A stretch of DNA of 64,000 bases from positions 1-64,000 of IMG/VR virus record IMGVR_UViG_3300021255_003843; one strand, 5' to 3'. Origin of the DNA: a virus (taxonomy: Duplodnaviria > Caudoviricetes). Below are positions 35,561-46,048 of the stretch, piece by piece; positions within the stretch are counted from its first letter, which is position 1, and each line of letters opens with the position of its first letter. The notes below the pieces were generated by a model, which saw nothing but the letters and a program-made list of their open reading frames with translations, made no database searches and was not told where the DNA came from. The translations under genes and the position numbers were made by a program.

Positions 35561-37816
35561 TTAAGAGAATGTTATTGTCGCACCAGTGCTAAAGCTTATA
35601 ACATGTGGTGTATTGTTTGTCGTGCTGTAACTACCAACATAACTAATGTTGACGATGCCGGCATCAGCCTTAATCCCATATGATGCAGAACCAAGACCAG
35701 TGATGTTACCGCCATCTATTAGCTTGCCGCCAGGCCCAAGAACATAACATTTTGTAGCTGTGATATGTGCGCTGCTTGCATGAATAGGACGTCCTAAAGA
35801 CAGCGATGCCTGGAAATTCTTTTTTGAGTTAGTAACCCAACCAGGAATATTAACACCAGAAATATCTATAACGTCGCCAGCCTCAATGCATTTCGGTACA
35901 TTTAACGCAGTTCTCGCGCCTGCCGCTGTCGTTTGGCCGGTGCCACCTTTGCCGATCGGCAGCGAACCGCTGAAGTTCGCTGCCGTAATATCGCTTGTGA
36001 AAGCCAACTGTTTCCACGCGCTGAATGTCGGCGAACCGGATGTGTTATACGTATGCATGTACCTGATATATATACCGCTTAGATTATAAGTGATATACAT
36101 CTGGTACATGTAACAGTTCGTGCTCTGCGCAATCGTCACAGAGATCTCGTCTTTAGCCGCAGATCCGACAACAAGCTTACCTGTCAGATCGCACGGCCTG
36201 TTAGCCAGTGAAGCCGCGATTGTATTAGACTCAATAGTATACTCACCAGGAACAGTGTAGCTGTTTAGGTTAGCGCCAGACGGAATCTTGCCAATCATCA
36301 CACTGTGAGGTTGCAGCAATCCGCCGTACGCTCTGATACGCCACGAATCGTTGACAGCAAAGATGTTCTCTTCGTCAAGCGCCGCTCGGCCTACGGCAAC
36401 AGAAGTGCCGCCATCTCTGAAGTGCATAACGTATGTCGCTGTAGGGATAGAAGTAATTGCCGTCGCCGTATTGCCAACCTTGTCATCTACAGTTACCTTG
36501 ATGTTGTAGGAAATATCAGGGCTAAACGAGATTGTGTCACCATTACCGATTAGGAAAGACGTATTACTCGTAAACGTTTTGCCGGCATTCTGATAAGCGA
36601 CATCACTCAGCTCCTTGAAGTAGCTAGCGGTTGTTACACCATTCAGATTGTTGACATCGGCAAATGTATATGTAACTGTTACCAGAGCATACTGGCCCTG
36701 ATCGTTCATTGTTTTATCTTCATTGCAGCGCTTCGCTGTAAGCGAAGAAATCGTCGGCTTAGCGTACGCGTATACGGTGATATTAGTGGTTTTAGTTACT
36801 GTCCTGCCGCGAGAGTCCGTGACAAGAGCCTGCAGCGTTATCGTGCCACTCGATGTAAGCGTCGACGTCTGCGCGGTATAGGTAGTGCCACTGGCTGTTC
36901 CGTTCGCTGTAGATCCCCAGCCAGAGAACACGACGCTCGTAATCGTACTACCGTACGCACCGGCAACGTTAGCTAAAGATAAGTTTGCTGTGCTGTAGCC
37001 TTGAACAAACGTACTCGCCATAGAAGCATCAGCACCGGTTGTTACCGCAGTAGCAGATAACGTTCCGGCGGTAGGCACAACCGACGCCGGAACGTTGATC
37101 GTAAACGTGTATTCATTTGAACCCATCAACGTTGAACCATTGTAGGTTTGAAGAACAACCTTGCCAGTTCCGCTCGTCGCATTTGTAATGTATTGACAAA
37201 CAGACAATGGATAGCTGCAGCTTGCCGTGGTTGTACCAGCGGCAAGCGTCGTTGGGCCAGATATAACCGTATTGTTTACGTACCACGTGACCTTATGGGT
37301 ATAAGATGCATTACTTGGATTTATGTTTAATGTTACGGATCCAGAGCCGGCATCAATAGATGTAACGCTCGTTGTACCAGATGAAGCCGGTAGCTCATAC
37401 GTGATCGTAAGAGATATGCTTGACATATAGCAAGACATACTTCCAGATGACGACGAGCTTGAACTCGCGGGGCTTGCGCATTGAAACGAAAATACAATAG
37501 ACAAAGATGTGCCTATTGTTGAAAACCATGATAAGACATTGACGCCTGACTGATGGTTTCCATTAACAACATACGTTACACCATTGGCTTTAACTTTAGA
37601 TGTCGATTGCGCTGTTGTTATTTTGAAAGTAGCTGCCGTAGCTCTGCTGCCGGATGGTATGTCGGATAAATCAATTAAAACTGTTTTTGTCGCAGTAGAC
37701 GGTGTAGATGGATTAGTCCATGTTACAGCATCTGTATCAGGATCTACATTGCCTCTATTGTATTTCCATGTAGATTTTAATGTAAAACTATCTATTTTCT
37801 TAGTTACGCTTGGCAT
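35561..37816 (-). CDS. Minor tail protein (DUF859-like)
   Basis: Ser/Thr-rich beta modules; VTDSRGR..YAKP..RC; GVAxG-like region. Confidence 0.7.
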   Translation of the reverse strand: MPSVTKKIDSFTLKSTWKYNRGNVDPDTDAVTWTNPSTPSTATKTVLIDLSDIPSGSRATAATFKITTAQSTSKVKANGVTYVVNGNHQSGVNVLSWFSTIGTSLSIVFSFQCASPASSSSSSSGSMSCYMSSISLTITYELPASSGTTSVTSIDAGSGSVTLNINPSNASYTHKVTWYVNNTVISGPTTLAAGTTTASCSYPLSVCQYITNATSGTGKVVLQTYNGSTLMGSNEYTFTINVPASVVPTAGTLSATAVTTGADASMASTFVQGYSTANLSLANVAGAYGSTITSVVFSGWGSTANGTASGTTYTAQTSTLTSSGTITLQALVTDSRGRTVTKTTNITVYAYAKPTISSLTAKRCNEDKTMNDQGQYALVTVTYTFADVNNLNGVTTASYFKELSDVAYQNAGKTFTSNTSFLIGNGDTISFSPDISYNIKVTVDDKVGNTATAITSIPTATYVMHFRDGGTSVAVGRAALDEENIFAVNDSWRIRAYGGLLQPHSVMIGKIPSGANLNSYTVPGEYTIESNTIAASLANRPCDLTGKLVVGSAAKDEISVTIAQSTNCYMYQMYITYNLSGIYIRYMHTYNTSGSPTFSAWKQLAFTSDITAANFSGSLPIGKGGTGQTTAAGARTALNVPKCIEAGDVIDISGVNIPGWVTNSKKNFQASLSLGRPIHASSAHITATKCYVLGPGGKLIDGGNITGLGSASYGIKADAGIVNISYVGSYSTTNNTPHVISFSTGATITFS

Positions 37817-37825
37817 TTAATCACC

Positions 37826-38830
37826 TCAATTCTGATCGCCGACATAGATTAATGCCATGCCTGTATCCGTAGGAACAAACGCAAATTTACCAATTCTGAA
37901 TCGCGTCTGGATAACAGCTTCTGTTATTTGCAAAGCCTGATTGCTGATCGATGCAACCGGTGTACCATTCTCGTTAAAAGCAAGCTGTTCATTGGAAAGG
38001 TCCATTGTAAATGGGCTATTGCTTTTACCCATATGAATACCGTTCTGGTCAAACGTTTGCCATGAACTTGCTTTATCGGTATATTCCTTTGCACCAGCGT
38101 ATGTATTTGTAATGTTGTCAAACTGAATTTGCACAGAATCATTATACTGTGAAATGCTTGTCGATATTTCCTGGGTCATTGTATCTTTGACGCCAGCCAA
38201 ATCGCTTTTATATTTCGTACTTTCTGTAACCGTTGTAATCAGCGCGTTTGGTTCCGTAATTGTTTCAGTTCGCGACACACGCTCCGCAAGCAGCATTGTT
38301 TCTTCATCGCTGTCTTCAGGCGCTGGACTCCAGTCAGACGCTACGTCGCCAAGCTCAAGCATACTTCTGTACAATAACAGATCTCCTGCAGAACCGCTGC
38401 CACTGTACGTTGGCGTAATCGTAATATATTTTGTTGTCGGATTAGGATTGGCAATTTCTATCTTTACCCAGCCGTCGTCTGAATCAAGCTGCTGTGTTTT
38501 AGACAGGCCAAGCATATTAATATTAAGCGACATGTCTGTCAGTGCTTTTGCCCAGACAGTATAAATATATTTGTCTTCAACGTGTGGCAACGTACCTAAA
38601 CTGTACGTTGCCCCGCTGAACTTACTCAACTGTAAAACAGAATCTTCTGAACCGTCAGGCACTTCTGTACCAAGCCGAGCGTATTGCGCGTTTGGAAAAT
38701 CTGTAGAGTTTGCAATACCATGGTAGTTATCGTTGATCATATCAGAAGAGTTGCGTATATAGTTTCTGCCGCCAGAACTACCGTCCTGCAAATCAGTAAT
38801 TGTAATCGAACCAGTGGCAATGATCGCCAT
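37826..38830 (-). CDS. Minor tail protein
   Basis: GGRNYIRNS...LELGDVASDWSPAPED; C-terminal beta region. Confidence 0.7.
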   Translation of the reverse strand: MAIIATGSITITDLQDGSSGGRNYIRNSSDMINDNYHGIANSTDFPNAQYARLGTEVPDGSEDSVLQLSKFSGATYSLGTLPHVEDKYIYTVWAKALTDMSLNINMLGLSKTQQLDSDDGWVKIEIANPNPTTKYITITPTYSGSGSAGDLLLYRSMLELGDVASDWSPAPEDSDEETMLLAERVSRTETITEPNALITTVTESTKYKSDLAGVKDTMTQEISTSISQYNDSVQIQFDNITNTYAGAKEYTDKASSWQTFDQNGIHMGKSNSPFTMDLSNEQLAFNENGTPVASISNQALQITEAVIQTRFRIGKFAFVPTDTGMALIYVGDQN

Positions 38831-38842
38831 ATGATCACCGCC

Positions 38843-40690
38843 TTACTCTGCTTCGCACACAAATACTGTCTTATTTGTCACATCGGCGTCTGTAACATAG
38901 ATTACTTTACCAGTAGCCCAGGCAGCGCCATCATCCATGGCGTTGCCATCCTTGTCACGCCGATACCATTTATAGGTTTTTGTGTGTTTATAGGTTGCAT
39001 TACTTGTGACATCAGCCCAAGTGGAACCACTATATCTCATCAGTTTGGTTGTAGCTCCAGTGCTTTGGATCTGATAGTAATAATCTCCAGTAGCGGCGGA
39101 AGACGGATTCGTTTTCGAGTAGGTTGTGCTCTTAGGAGCGTCAACCTCCTGTCCATTCTGCCACAACCTGGCAATCAGAACAGTGGTTCCAATAGCGTTC
39201 TTGAACACATCGCCAGCAGTAGAATCAACTTCAAGCTGATAGTTATCCGTCTTATCAATCAGCGTAATAATATCAGTATAAGTTTTGGACTTATACGTCA
39301 TCTCACACTTGAAGCTGGCTTGACCTGTAACGCTCGCACCAGACACAGATAAAGAAGAACCAGTTTGTCCGCTGATAACAGTCCAAGAGCCGCTGGAATA
39401 CTGATACCATTTATAGGATGCGCCGGATGTAATTGCCGTAGATCCATCGTAAGCCTGGGTCTGAATCGTCTTAGTGCCAGTCTGGTTCGTAAACACTGTG
39501 CCATTAGGCGCATATAAAGAGAATACGATAGCGTTTTGCCCTGCATTGCCGGTAGCACCAGTATTGACCTTGCTCCAATGAATAATCAAATTGGTTTTCA
39601 CGGGAGCGGTGACGGGTACAACGAGCTCTCCGTTTTGCTCCGCGCTGCCGCCAAGTTCGGCGTTCGCGCTCACAGTAATTGTCAAAGGTATTTCGCTAGA
39701 AGCTGCGCTGCCTGCAGTAACTGTCATGCCAGAAGGCGCGCCAGTTACTATGCCAACAGTAGGTGTTACCTTGGTAGTTCCAGTATAAGCCACAACATTG
39801 CAGTTGGCAGTAGTTGCAGCTACCTTGCCTTGATAATTAGCCGCAAAGGTAATTGACTCGTTGGTTAAGAAGACGGTAGAAGCAGACGCGCCAGGATTGC
39901 CGTTGGTGCCATTGGTACCGTCTTTAACTTTGTAAATACTGATGACGTCATATACATTAGCGTCAGTAGTAGAAGCTTTGATTGTAGCAACGTTGCCGTT
40001 AAATACAGCGTGGCCCGGCTTCACATACAACGTACTTGTAGTGATAGAAGTGTTGCCGTCGCCGGTGGGATAAGAAACGAAGTTGCCAGAAGAATTCTTG
40101 TACTGCCAAGTGATTGTACCAACACTGCCTTGTGTATTGGCGGTTAGCTGAATCTGCGTAGGCGTCGGAGTATCAGGAGTTGCCTGCTCATACTTGAACG
40201 TCTGTTCACCGCTGATTGTCACAAGCTTAGCGTTAGTCCCGTTTGTTCCGTTAGTACCAGTTCGCACCAGTGCGAAAGTAATATCTGCAGAGGCCGTCGT
40301 ACTCAGACCAGTATCAGGATCTTGATAGGTAACATTTGCAATATAGGTTAACAGGTTGCTCGTAATGCCACTAAGCTTGTTGGCGGTAACAGTCAATACG
40401 TTTCCGGATGCAGTTTCGCCAGTGGTCAGTCCAGTGTCAGCACTCGTTCCTTCTTTGCGCCGCCACTCAACAGATAGGTGCTCGTTATCTACAGAAATAG
40501 CTTCATTGTTCGCGTAGACAGTAGGCGTTAACACCAGATTAGTAGAGGCCCAGTTAGGAGAAAACTGATTAGAAGAAGCATTTACATCATAGATCTGGGT
40601 GCGAGGAAGGTTGCTGCCAATATATACTGATATGGATTTACCATCAGAAAGGTCAATAATCGTTTTTGAACCAGTTGCTATTATAGCCAT
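38843..40690 (-). CDS. Tail protein with short collagen-like GxxGxx linkers
   Basis: GTNGTNG repeats separating Ig-like segments. Confidence 0.7.
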   Translation of the reverse strand: MAIIATGSKTIIDLSDGKSISVYIGSNLPRTQIYDVNASSNQFSPNWASTNLVLTPTVYANNEAISVDNEHLSVEWRRKEGTSADTGLTTGETASGNVLTVTANKLSGITSNLLTYIANVTYQDPDTGLSTTASADITFALVRTGTNGTNGTNAKLVTISGEQTFKYEQATPDTPTPTQIQLTANTQGSVGTITWQYKNSSGNFVSYPTGDGNTSITTSTLYVKPGHAVFNGNVATIKASTTDANVYDVISIYKVKDGTNGTNGNPGASASTVFLTNESITFAANYQGKVAATTANCNVVAYTGTTKVTPTVGIVTGAPSGMTVTAGSAASSEIPLTITVSANAELGGSAEQNGELVVPVTAPVKTNLIIHWSKVNTGATGNAGQNAIVFSLYAPNGTVFTNQTGTKTIQTQAYDGSTAITSGASYKWYQYSSGSWTVISGQTGSSLSVSGASVTGQASFKCEMTYKSKTYTDIITLIDKTDNYQLEVDSTAGDVFKNAIGTTVLIARLWQNGQEVDAPKSTTYSKTNPSSAATGDYYYQIQSTGATTKLMRYSGSTWADVTSNATYKHTKTYKWYRRDKDGNAMDDGAAWATGKVIYVTDADVTNKTVFVCEAE

Positions 40691-40694
40691 ATAA

Positions 40695-43600
40695 TCACTC
40701 CTCGGAAGTTAATTCGCAATCATATGTGGCACTATAATACACATCGAGTGTCGTTACGGTGATTGACTTCACACCATTATGATTGCTGTTCCAAATGTCA
40801 TCGGCCATACTGTCAGCCGATTTACGTTTCCATTGAAAACGTGACGCCGGTAAATCGGCTGTCACGTTTTGATTGCCGTGCCACACTCTGGCACTTAATG
40901 TAGTTGACGTCACATTAGAAGATAGAACATCAGATGTAGATATAATCTCTATCCTATAGCCGATCATATCATCTACGTCGTCTTTTGTTGCGTAATTCTG
41001 AGCATCGTCTTTTGTAACGAAGTGCTCCGTCTTCTCGACGGCGGCAATGATCTGATCGTCTGTAATAACAATAGAAGCAATCTTGTCGTTGATCTCGTCT
41101 TCGAGATTCTGCACGACAATGTTGATTGATTTGTTTGAAGATATATCAAGCTCTTCGCCGAAGCCGGGAGCAATGTGATTGGTAGTAATGGAGCCAGCTT
41201 CGATACGTTCAGCAGAAAGATAGCCTGTCGTGATCTCGTCGGCCGTGAATCCGTTGCCGTCGCCGAACGTACGCCAGGCCCAATCTCCCCACTCGTCTTT
41301 ACTCGACGCAATAGCAAATCCATTGCCCGTTAGCGTCATTGCGCTGTTGCCATCGGCAGACACGAATACCATGTTGCCTCGATCATCGGTGTACCATGTA
41401 GACGAGCCGCCTGTAATCAACAGTTTGTTTGCGTCGATCTTGCCTTCAAGCCTCTGCGCCGCGATTGCGCCTGTCTCTGTGATAGCGCTCGCTCGCTCAT
41501 ACAGACCCATACGGCCCTTCGCTTCGCTTGACACTTCCGCAATATGTGTCATTACGTCAGTGAAGCTATGCTGTGTAATCGTCGTCAAGTTTGTGTTGAT
41601 GGAGATTTTAGTTTTCCATGGCAGGTCATAACACTTCTGGATCTTGTCTACAAAAGCCCAACAGTTAATATTAATGTCAGGATCAACAAGGTGCGCCGCA
41701 CTTTGTGTAGAAATATCCGGCCACAAGATCTTGTATTGCTCGCCAGTGACACTATCCTCAAAGCCGTCCATGTTGCTGCCATACAGATCAACATAGTTGA
41801 TGTCATACTTCGCCTCAGGCTTCGACAGCTTTTCTAAATTATCTAAGGCATCGTCATACAGCTTCTGCTCGTCGCCGTCAACGTAATCATTCTTCTGCCA
41901 GTAGCCTTCACGATAAAGATCGCCAAGCTCTGTCTTCAGAGCGTTCTCTAATTCCTTTACGTCATCCTGCGCTGATTTGAGCGCGGGATAACATACGCCG
42001 TAAGCTTCGTCGGCGAGGTCTGCAAACTTCTTTGTCAGCGGCGTAATGCCTTTCAGCTCGCCGCTCGGTACAACGTTCTGCAAAACGACATACGTCTCAT
42101 CTTCTTTTGTGATGATCTTGTTCGCCACGTTCGGCGTCGAAATCGTCACAGCATCAGCAGTGATTACTCTGTCGCTGACGATACGTATATACTTCGTGCC
42201 GCCAACAACCAGATCACCGACCTCAGTCACATGTGTCTGTCCGTAGGGAGTGACGACGCTGCCACCCATTCCATATACTGTTTCATAACCAAGATACCTG
42301 CGCTCTTCGTCATAGTAGTAGACATCGAGATCGCCGTTGTATCCGTTGAAAACATACTCTGTATTCACGTATGCTCTGATAAAACCGGTACGGTGTTTAG
42401 CGTTGTCTTCAACATCGCCGCCGCTGCTCTTGTCGATTGTGCCAACTTCTTGAGCAGACATGCCGGCCAGAATGTTATCCGCATGATAGTTGACGTTATC
42501 GAAACGATACGCTTTCGTTTCGATAACGGTTTCAGCGTCTTTGACCTTCTGCGTGATTGTGCTGACGGTTGAATCATAGGTCAGTGTGTCGCCGGCATTC
42601 AACGTATCTTTTGTCGTGAACACCCAATAATTGCCGTAACCATTTTCAAAAGCGTAGTTACCGCTCGGTAATTCAGCGTCCGCAGTATAGGTATAGTTCT
42701 GATAGATACCTTTGATGTATTTATCTCTCGTCTGCCCGGCGGCATACACCGTACCAAACAGAGCAGACATGCGCTTGTCGGCCACAGTTTCCTTCTTGGC
42801 AGACCACGCGCCGCTCTCTTTGCGATACAGTAAAGATTTTTTCCAGTTGAACCAATAATCGCCAGGCGAATCCGCAGGATCCACGCTGTCTACGATGACA
42901 CGTTTCCATGCGGTATCGCCCTTGTCCGCCCAGCAGAAATAAAGTTCGGAAGGTGTCGTGTTGCCTTCGTACCACTTCCACCACCAGCCATAGCCGTTAA
43001 GCGACAGCGCAGAATGAGACGGTTCATCCTTCTCGTAGTACAGAGGATGTTTCACCGTCACTACTTTCACAGCTGTCTCGGCGGCTTGCTGCGTCGCCTC
43101 GTCAGCTGTTTCGTATGCGCCAAGCAAACCATTGACATTATGCTGTGCAAATAAATATACGCGATAAGGAACTGATTGTATATATTTACAATCATTAGAT
43201 GTCAGCCAGAGCGTCAGCACGCTCGGGTTCTCCTCATCGTCTATTTCTTTTAAGTAGGACTTTTCATACTTCAACGGTTCGCCGTTGTAAGGTTCATATA
43301 CAATATAAACAACCGATGCAATATCGTGCACCGGATCGCCATTGCCTTTTAATTCCGTGGCTACCCGCCACTTGAATTGTTTGTCTTCCTTCTTCGTGTA
43401 ATCTGTCCTGTACATGACACCTTTTGAGTAATCGTTCGTGTTCAGGTTCAGCTTTACATGCCCGTCCTGCTCTTTCACGATCGTGCAATCAAGCTTGCAG
43501 AAATCAACGGAGCCAATCGTCTCAGACAGCGATGTGATCGCGTTGGCAAACTCCGTCGCCTTTGTATTGACGATCTCCATATACTCCGGCGCTTTCATCT

Positions 43601-44792
43601 GGTAATTCGCGATGCGCTGCAACATGCCGTCTGTCAGCAGACCGATGTCGCGGTAGTAATGGAAGTCCATCAGAAAGGAGAACCAGTTCGTTACTTCTTT
43701 GCGCTGAGACTCGTCTTCTGTGAAGAAGGCTTCGCTTTGCGTTTTTTGCTGACTTTCGTACAGAAAATAGGCACGTTCGTTGGCCTCGTCCCAGACGTAC
43801 ATACGAGAAGCAGGGTCTAAATCGGACCAGACAACTTTAGATATTTTCTGCAGAGAATCTGAGCTATTTCCGAAGGTAAAATATCGTACAATATTGATGC
43901 CATTCTTGTCGGTCAGGTTGACCTGGCATTCGGTGCCAGGGTCAACCGCCTCACCAATGACGAGAGTGTACACGGTATGTGTGCACTCATCAATGCCGCA
44001 GTAGCCGTTTGTCTTGTCGCCATACGCGCCATAGGCGTACAGCTTCGTGATCATGTTCTCCTCATTCAGCGTGCGCGTAACGTTGCTGACGTTCGTGCCA
44101 TAGTGCAACTCGATTACACCTTCGTTCATAACGTCGGGCAGCGCACCATCCTCTGGTTGAGAGAACGGGTTCAGTGGCACAATGTCAACCGTCTTCGTGT
44201 CGCCGTTATAGATCGGTTTCGCCTCGAAGAGGTCACACATGTTCGCTATTAGCTTGAAGGCCCCGGTCTTTGCAGAGGCCTTCAAGCTACGATACTTAAC
44301 AGACGTTCCATCTTTCTCATAGAAAGTGTCTACGTGGCCGGGTGTCCAACCCGTACCTTCAAGAATCGTGTCGAGCAGCATCGCCGCCGTACCGACGTTG
44401 TTGCCTTCTTCGTCGGAGAATTCAAGCTCAAGACGTTTATGCTTCAACAGCTGGCTGACATGGCCCGCTGTAATGTTTAAGGTTTTCGTATAGTTGTTAT
44501 GCGTGATCTTAGACTCAGACAGGATGAACCAATCGGTCCCGTCATCGTCGATCATTCTCAGCTTATATCCTTCGCGGATATAGGGGATGCGGAAATTAGC
44601 TTCGTCGCCATCTTCGGTGTGGATCTGCTGCGGCAGAGAAAAAGAGATCTCTTTCCACCCGTTGCGCTCCGTCGTTTTTATGACGTCGTATGCCTGACCT
44701 GATACGTCAGATGTTTGGTCGTACAGTGAGCACTGCTTGTTACCTGAGTAATCAAATACATCAAGTACAAGGTTTCGTCTGTATTTGAGCAA
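40695..44792 (-). CDS. Tal/baseplate hub (prophage tail endopeptidase family)
   Basis: Follows Dit; ILEGTGW, YGTNVSNVTRT..ITKLYAYG; C-terminal WRTFGDGNGFTAD.ITTG. Confidence 0.8.
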   Translation of the reverse strand: MLKYRRNLVLDVFDYSGNKQCSLYDQTSDVSGQAYDVIKTTERNGWKEISFSLPQQIHTEDGDEANFRIPYIREGYKLRMIDDDGTDWFILSESKITHNNYTKTLNITAGHVSQLLKHKRLELEFSDEEGNNVGTAAMLLDTILEGTGWTPGHVDTFYEKDGTSVKYRSLKASAKTGAFKLIANMCDLFEAKPIYNGDTKTVDIVPLNPFSQPEDGALPDVMNEGVIELHYGTNVSNVTRTLNEENMITKLYAYGAYGDKTNGYCGIDECTHTVYTLVIGEAVDPGTECQVNLTDKNGINIVRYFTFGNSSDSLQKISKVVWSDLDPASRMYVWDEANERAYFLYESQQKTQSEAFFTEDESQRKEVTNWFSFLMDFHYYRDIGLLTDGMLQRIANYQMKAPEYMEIVNTKATEFANAITSLSETIGSVDFCKLDCTIVKEQDGHVKLNLNTNDYSKGVMYRTDYTKKEDKQFKWRVATELKGNGDPVHDIASVVYIVYEPYNGEPLKYEKSYLKEIDDEENPSVLTLWLTSNDCKYIQSVPYRVYLFAQHNVNGLLGAYETADEATQQAAETAVKVVTVKHPLYYEKDEPSHSALSLNGYGWWWKWYEGNTTPSELYFCWADKGDTAWKRVIVDSVDPADSPGDYWFNWKKSLLYRKESGAWSAKKETVADKRMSALFGTVYAAGQTRDKYIKGIYQNYTYTADAELPSGNYAFENGYGNYWVFTTKDTLNAGDTLTYDSTVSTITQKVKDAETVIETKAYRFDNVNYHADNILAGMSAQEVGTIDKSSGGDVEDNAKHRTGFIRAYVNTEYVFNGYNGDLDVYYYDEERRYLGYETVYGMGGSVVTPYGQTHVTEVGDLVVGGTKYIRIVSDRVITADAVTISTPNVANKIITKEDETYVVLQNVVPSGELKGITPLTKKFADLADEAYGVCYPALKSAQDDVKELENALKTELGDLYREGYWQKNDYVDGDEQKLYDDALDNLEKLSKPEAKYDINYVDLYGSNMDGFEDSVTGEQYKILWPDISTQSAAHLVDPDININCWAFVDKIQKCYDLPWKTKISINTNLTTITQHSFTDVMTHIAEVSSEAKGRMGLYERASAITETGAIAAQRLEGKIDANKLLITGGSSTWYTDDRGNMVFVSADGNSAMTLTGNGFAIASSKDEWGDWAWRTFGDGNGFTADEITTGYLSAERIEAGSITTNHIAPGFGEELDISSNKSINIVVQNLEDEINDKIASIVITDDQIIAAVEKTEHFVTKDDAQNYATKDDVDDMIGYRIEIISTSDVLSSNVTSTTLSARVWHGNQNVTADLPASRFQWKRKSADSMADDIWNSNHNGVKSITVTTLDVYYSATYDCELTSEE

Positions 44793-44814
44793 AGGTGCTC
44801 ACTTCCTTTCTGTC

Positions 44815-45906
44815 TTATGCAAATGTAGGTTTATATAAAATATCGAGCTTCGTCAGATTGATAGTGCCGCCATTAGGATAAGCGCTGACATACAGCTCGT
44901 TCATTTTCAATATCTGCGCTTTGCCGTTCTTCTCATCGGTCACAGTTTTATTGATGCCAGCAGTGCTGTCGTCGGTCACGTTCACGATCTTCGCGCTCGT
45001 TCCGTCGGCGAAGTACACATACCGGTTGACCATGTCGTAATTAAACTTGCCGTCGCTCTTGAGCGTTTTACCATCTTCGCCGATCGTAATGTCGATGTTG
45101 CGGTAAGCTGGATAGCCGGGCTCAAGCTCGATGAATCCGTAATCGTGATACAGGAAGCCAGGGCTCGACACCGTGCCGTTTGTCAGGATTGTCTGCCCGT
45201 TCAGGCTATCGCACTGCACATAATGATTGTTCGCACAAACCTCTGGCGTAATTGCAACGAAGCGGCAGTTCTGTCCCGTTGTACGGTTAGAGATCATTAA
45301 GCCAGTGCCAACGTCGCCGGCAATCCGCACGGCGATCTTGGCGCGCTCAGTACCGGGGTTGTACAGCAGCAGCTCTTTGTTCTCGGTGATCGGCTCGCTT
45401 GCGGAAGCAAACGATGTTGTCATGTCGATTGTACCTTCAGGCAGCAAAGCAGAGTTCGCCAGCAGGCTTGCTTCGTCTTCGCAGCCATCAGGGATAGACA
45501 TATAGTCCGTTCTCGCGTAGGGGTAGTAGGCCCGTAATGAGATCGAGACGATGCCGTTCTGGTAGTTCGTCATCTGCCCGACATCAACGCCGGTCACTGT
45601 CGCCACGTACCAGCACCAGGGACGCTTCTTGAACACAAGCCGCCCTGTTGCGTTGCGGCGGAAGACACTGTAAATCCTAGTGAGCACGCCGTTGAGCACA
45701 TGTTGATCCTCATAAAAGCAGCGAAGAACAAAGTCCTTGGGTTGCAGTGTGCTACCGTAGTAATAGCCGCCGTCGTGACCGTCGAAAACTTGCTCATGCG
45801 GTTTATGCGTAGCAGGCTTATACACGTAGGTGTTGCTCAGGTCCGGCGCATATTCAAGCTCAAGATCTGCAATGTCGATCCCGTTAAAGGTGAATCCTCC
45901 AGTCAT
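44815..45906 (-). CDS. Distal tail protein (Dit)
   Basis: GFTFNG start, YYGS, GRLVF; directly after the TMP. Confidence 0.8.
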   Translation of the reverse strand: MTGGFTFNGIDIADLELEYAPDLSNTYVYKPATHKPHEQVFDGHDGGYYYGSTLQPKDFVLRCFYEDQHVLNGVLTRIYSVFRRNATGRLVFKKRPWCWYVATVTGVDVGQMTNYQNGIVSISLRAYYPYARTDYMSIPDGCEDEASLLANSALLPEGTIDMTTSFASASEPITENKELLLYNPGTERAKIAVRIAGDVGTGLMISNRTTGQNCRFVAITPEVCANNHYVQCDSLNGQTILTNGTVSSPGFLYHDYGFIELEPGYPAYRNIDITIGEDGKTLKSDGKFNYDMVNRYVYFADGTSAKIVNVTDDSTAGINKTVTDEKNGKAQILKMNELYVSAYPNGGTINLTKLDILYKPTFA

Positions 45907-45972
45907 AAATAACCTCCTTCTTTTCCATATATATCCATTCTCGAGTGTAATCATTATTTTACGCACTTGTAA

Positions 45973-46011
45973 GCGTGCGCCCTACCCCTTTTAAAGGGGT
46001 AGGGCGCACGC
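45973..46011. terminator. Strong stem-loop between TMP and Dit
   Basis: GCGTGCGCCCTACCCCTTT/AAAGGGGTAGGGCGCACGC. Confidence 0.7.
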
Positions 46012-46048
46012 GCTTATCTAGCATTTGTTTATTAAATATATATAATCC

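Noticed and set aside
26469-46011. CRISPR array, diversity-generating retroelement or invertase shufflon in the tail region
   Set aside because: No spaced identical repeats, reverse transcriptase or invertase seen; the repeats are protein-level modules.
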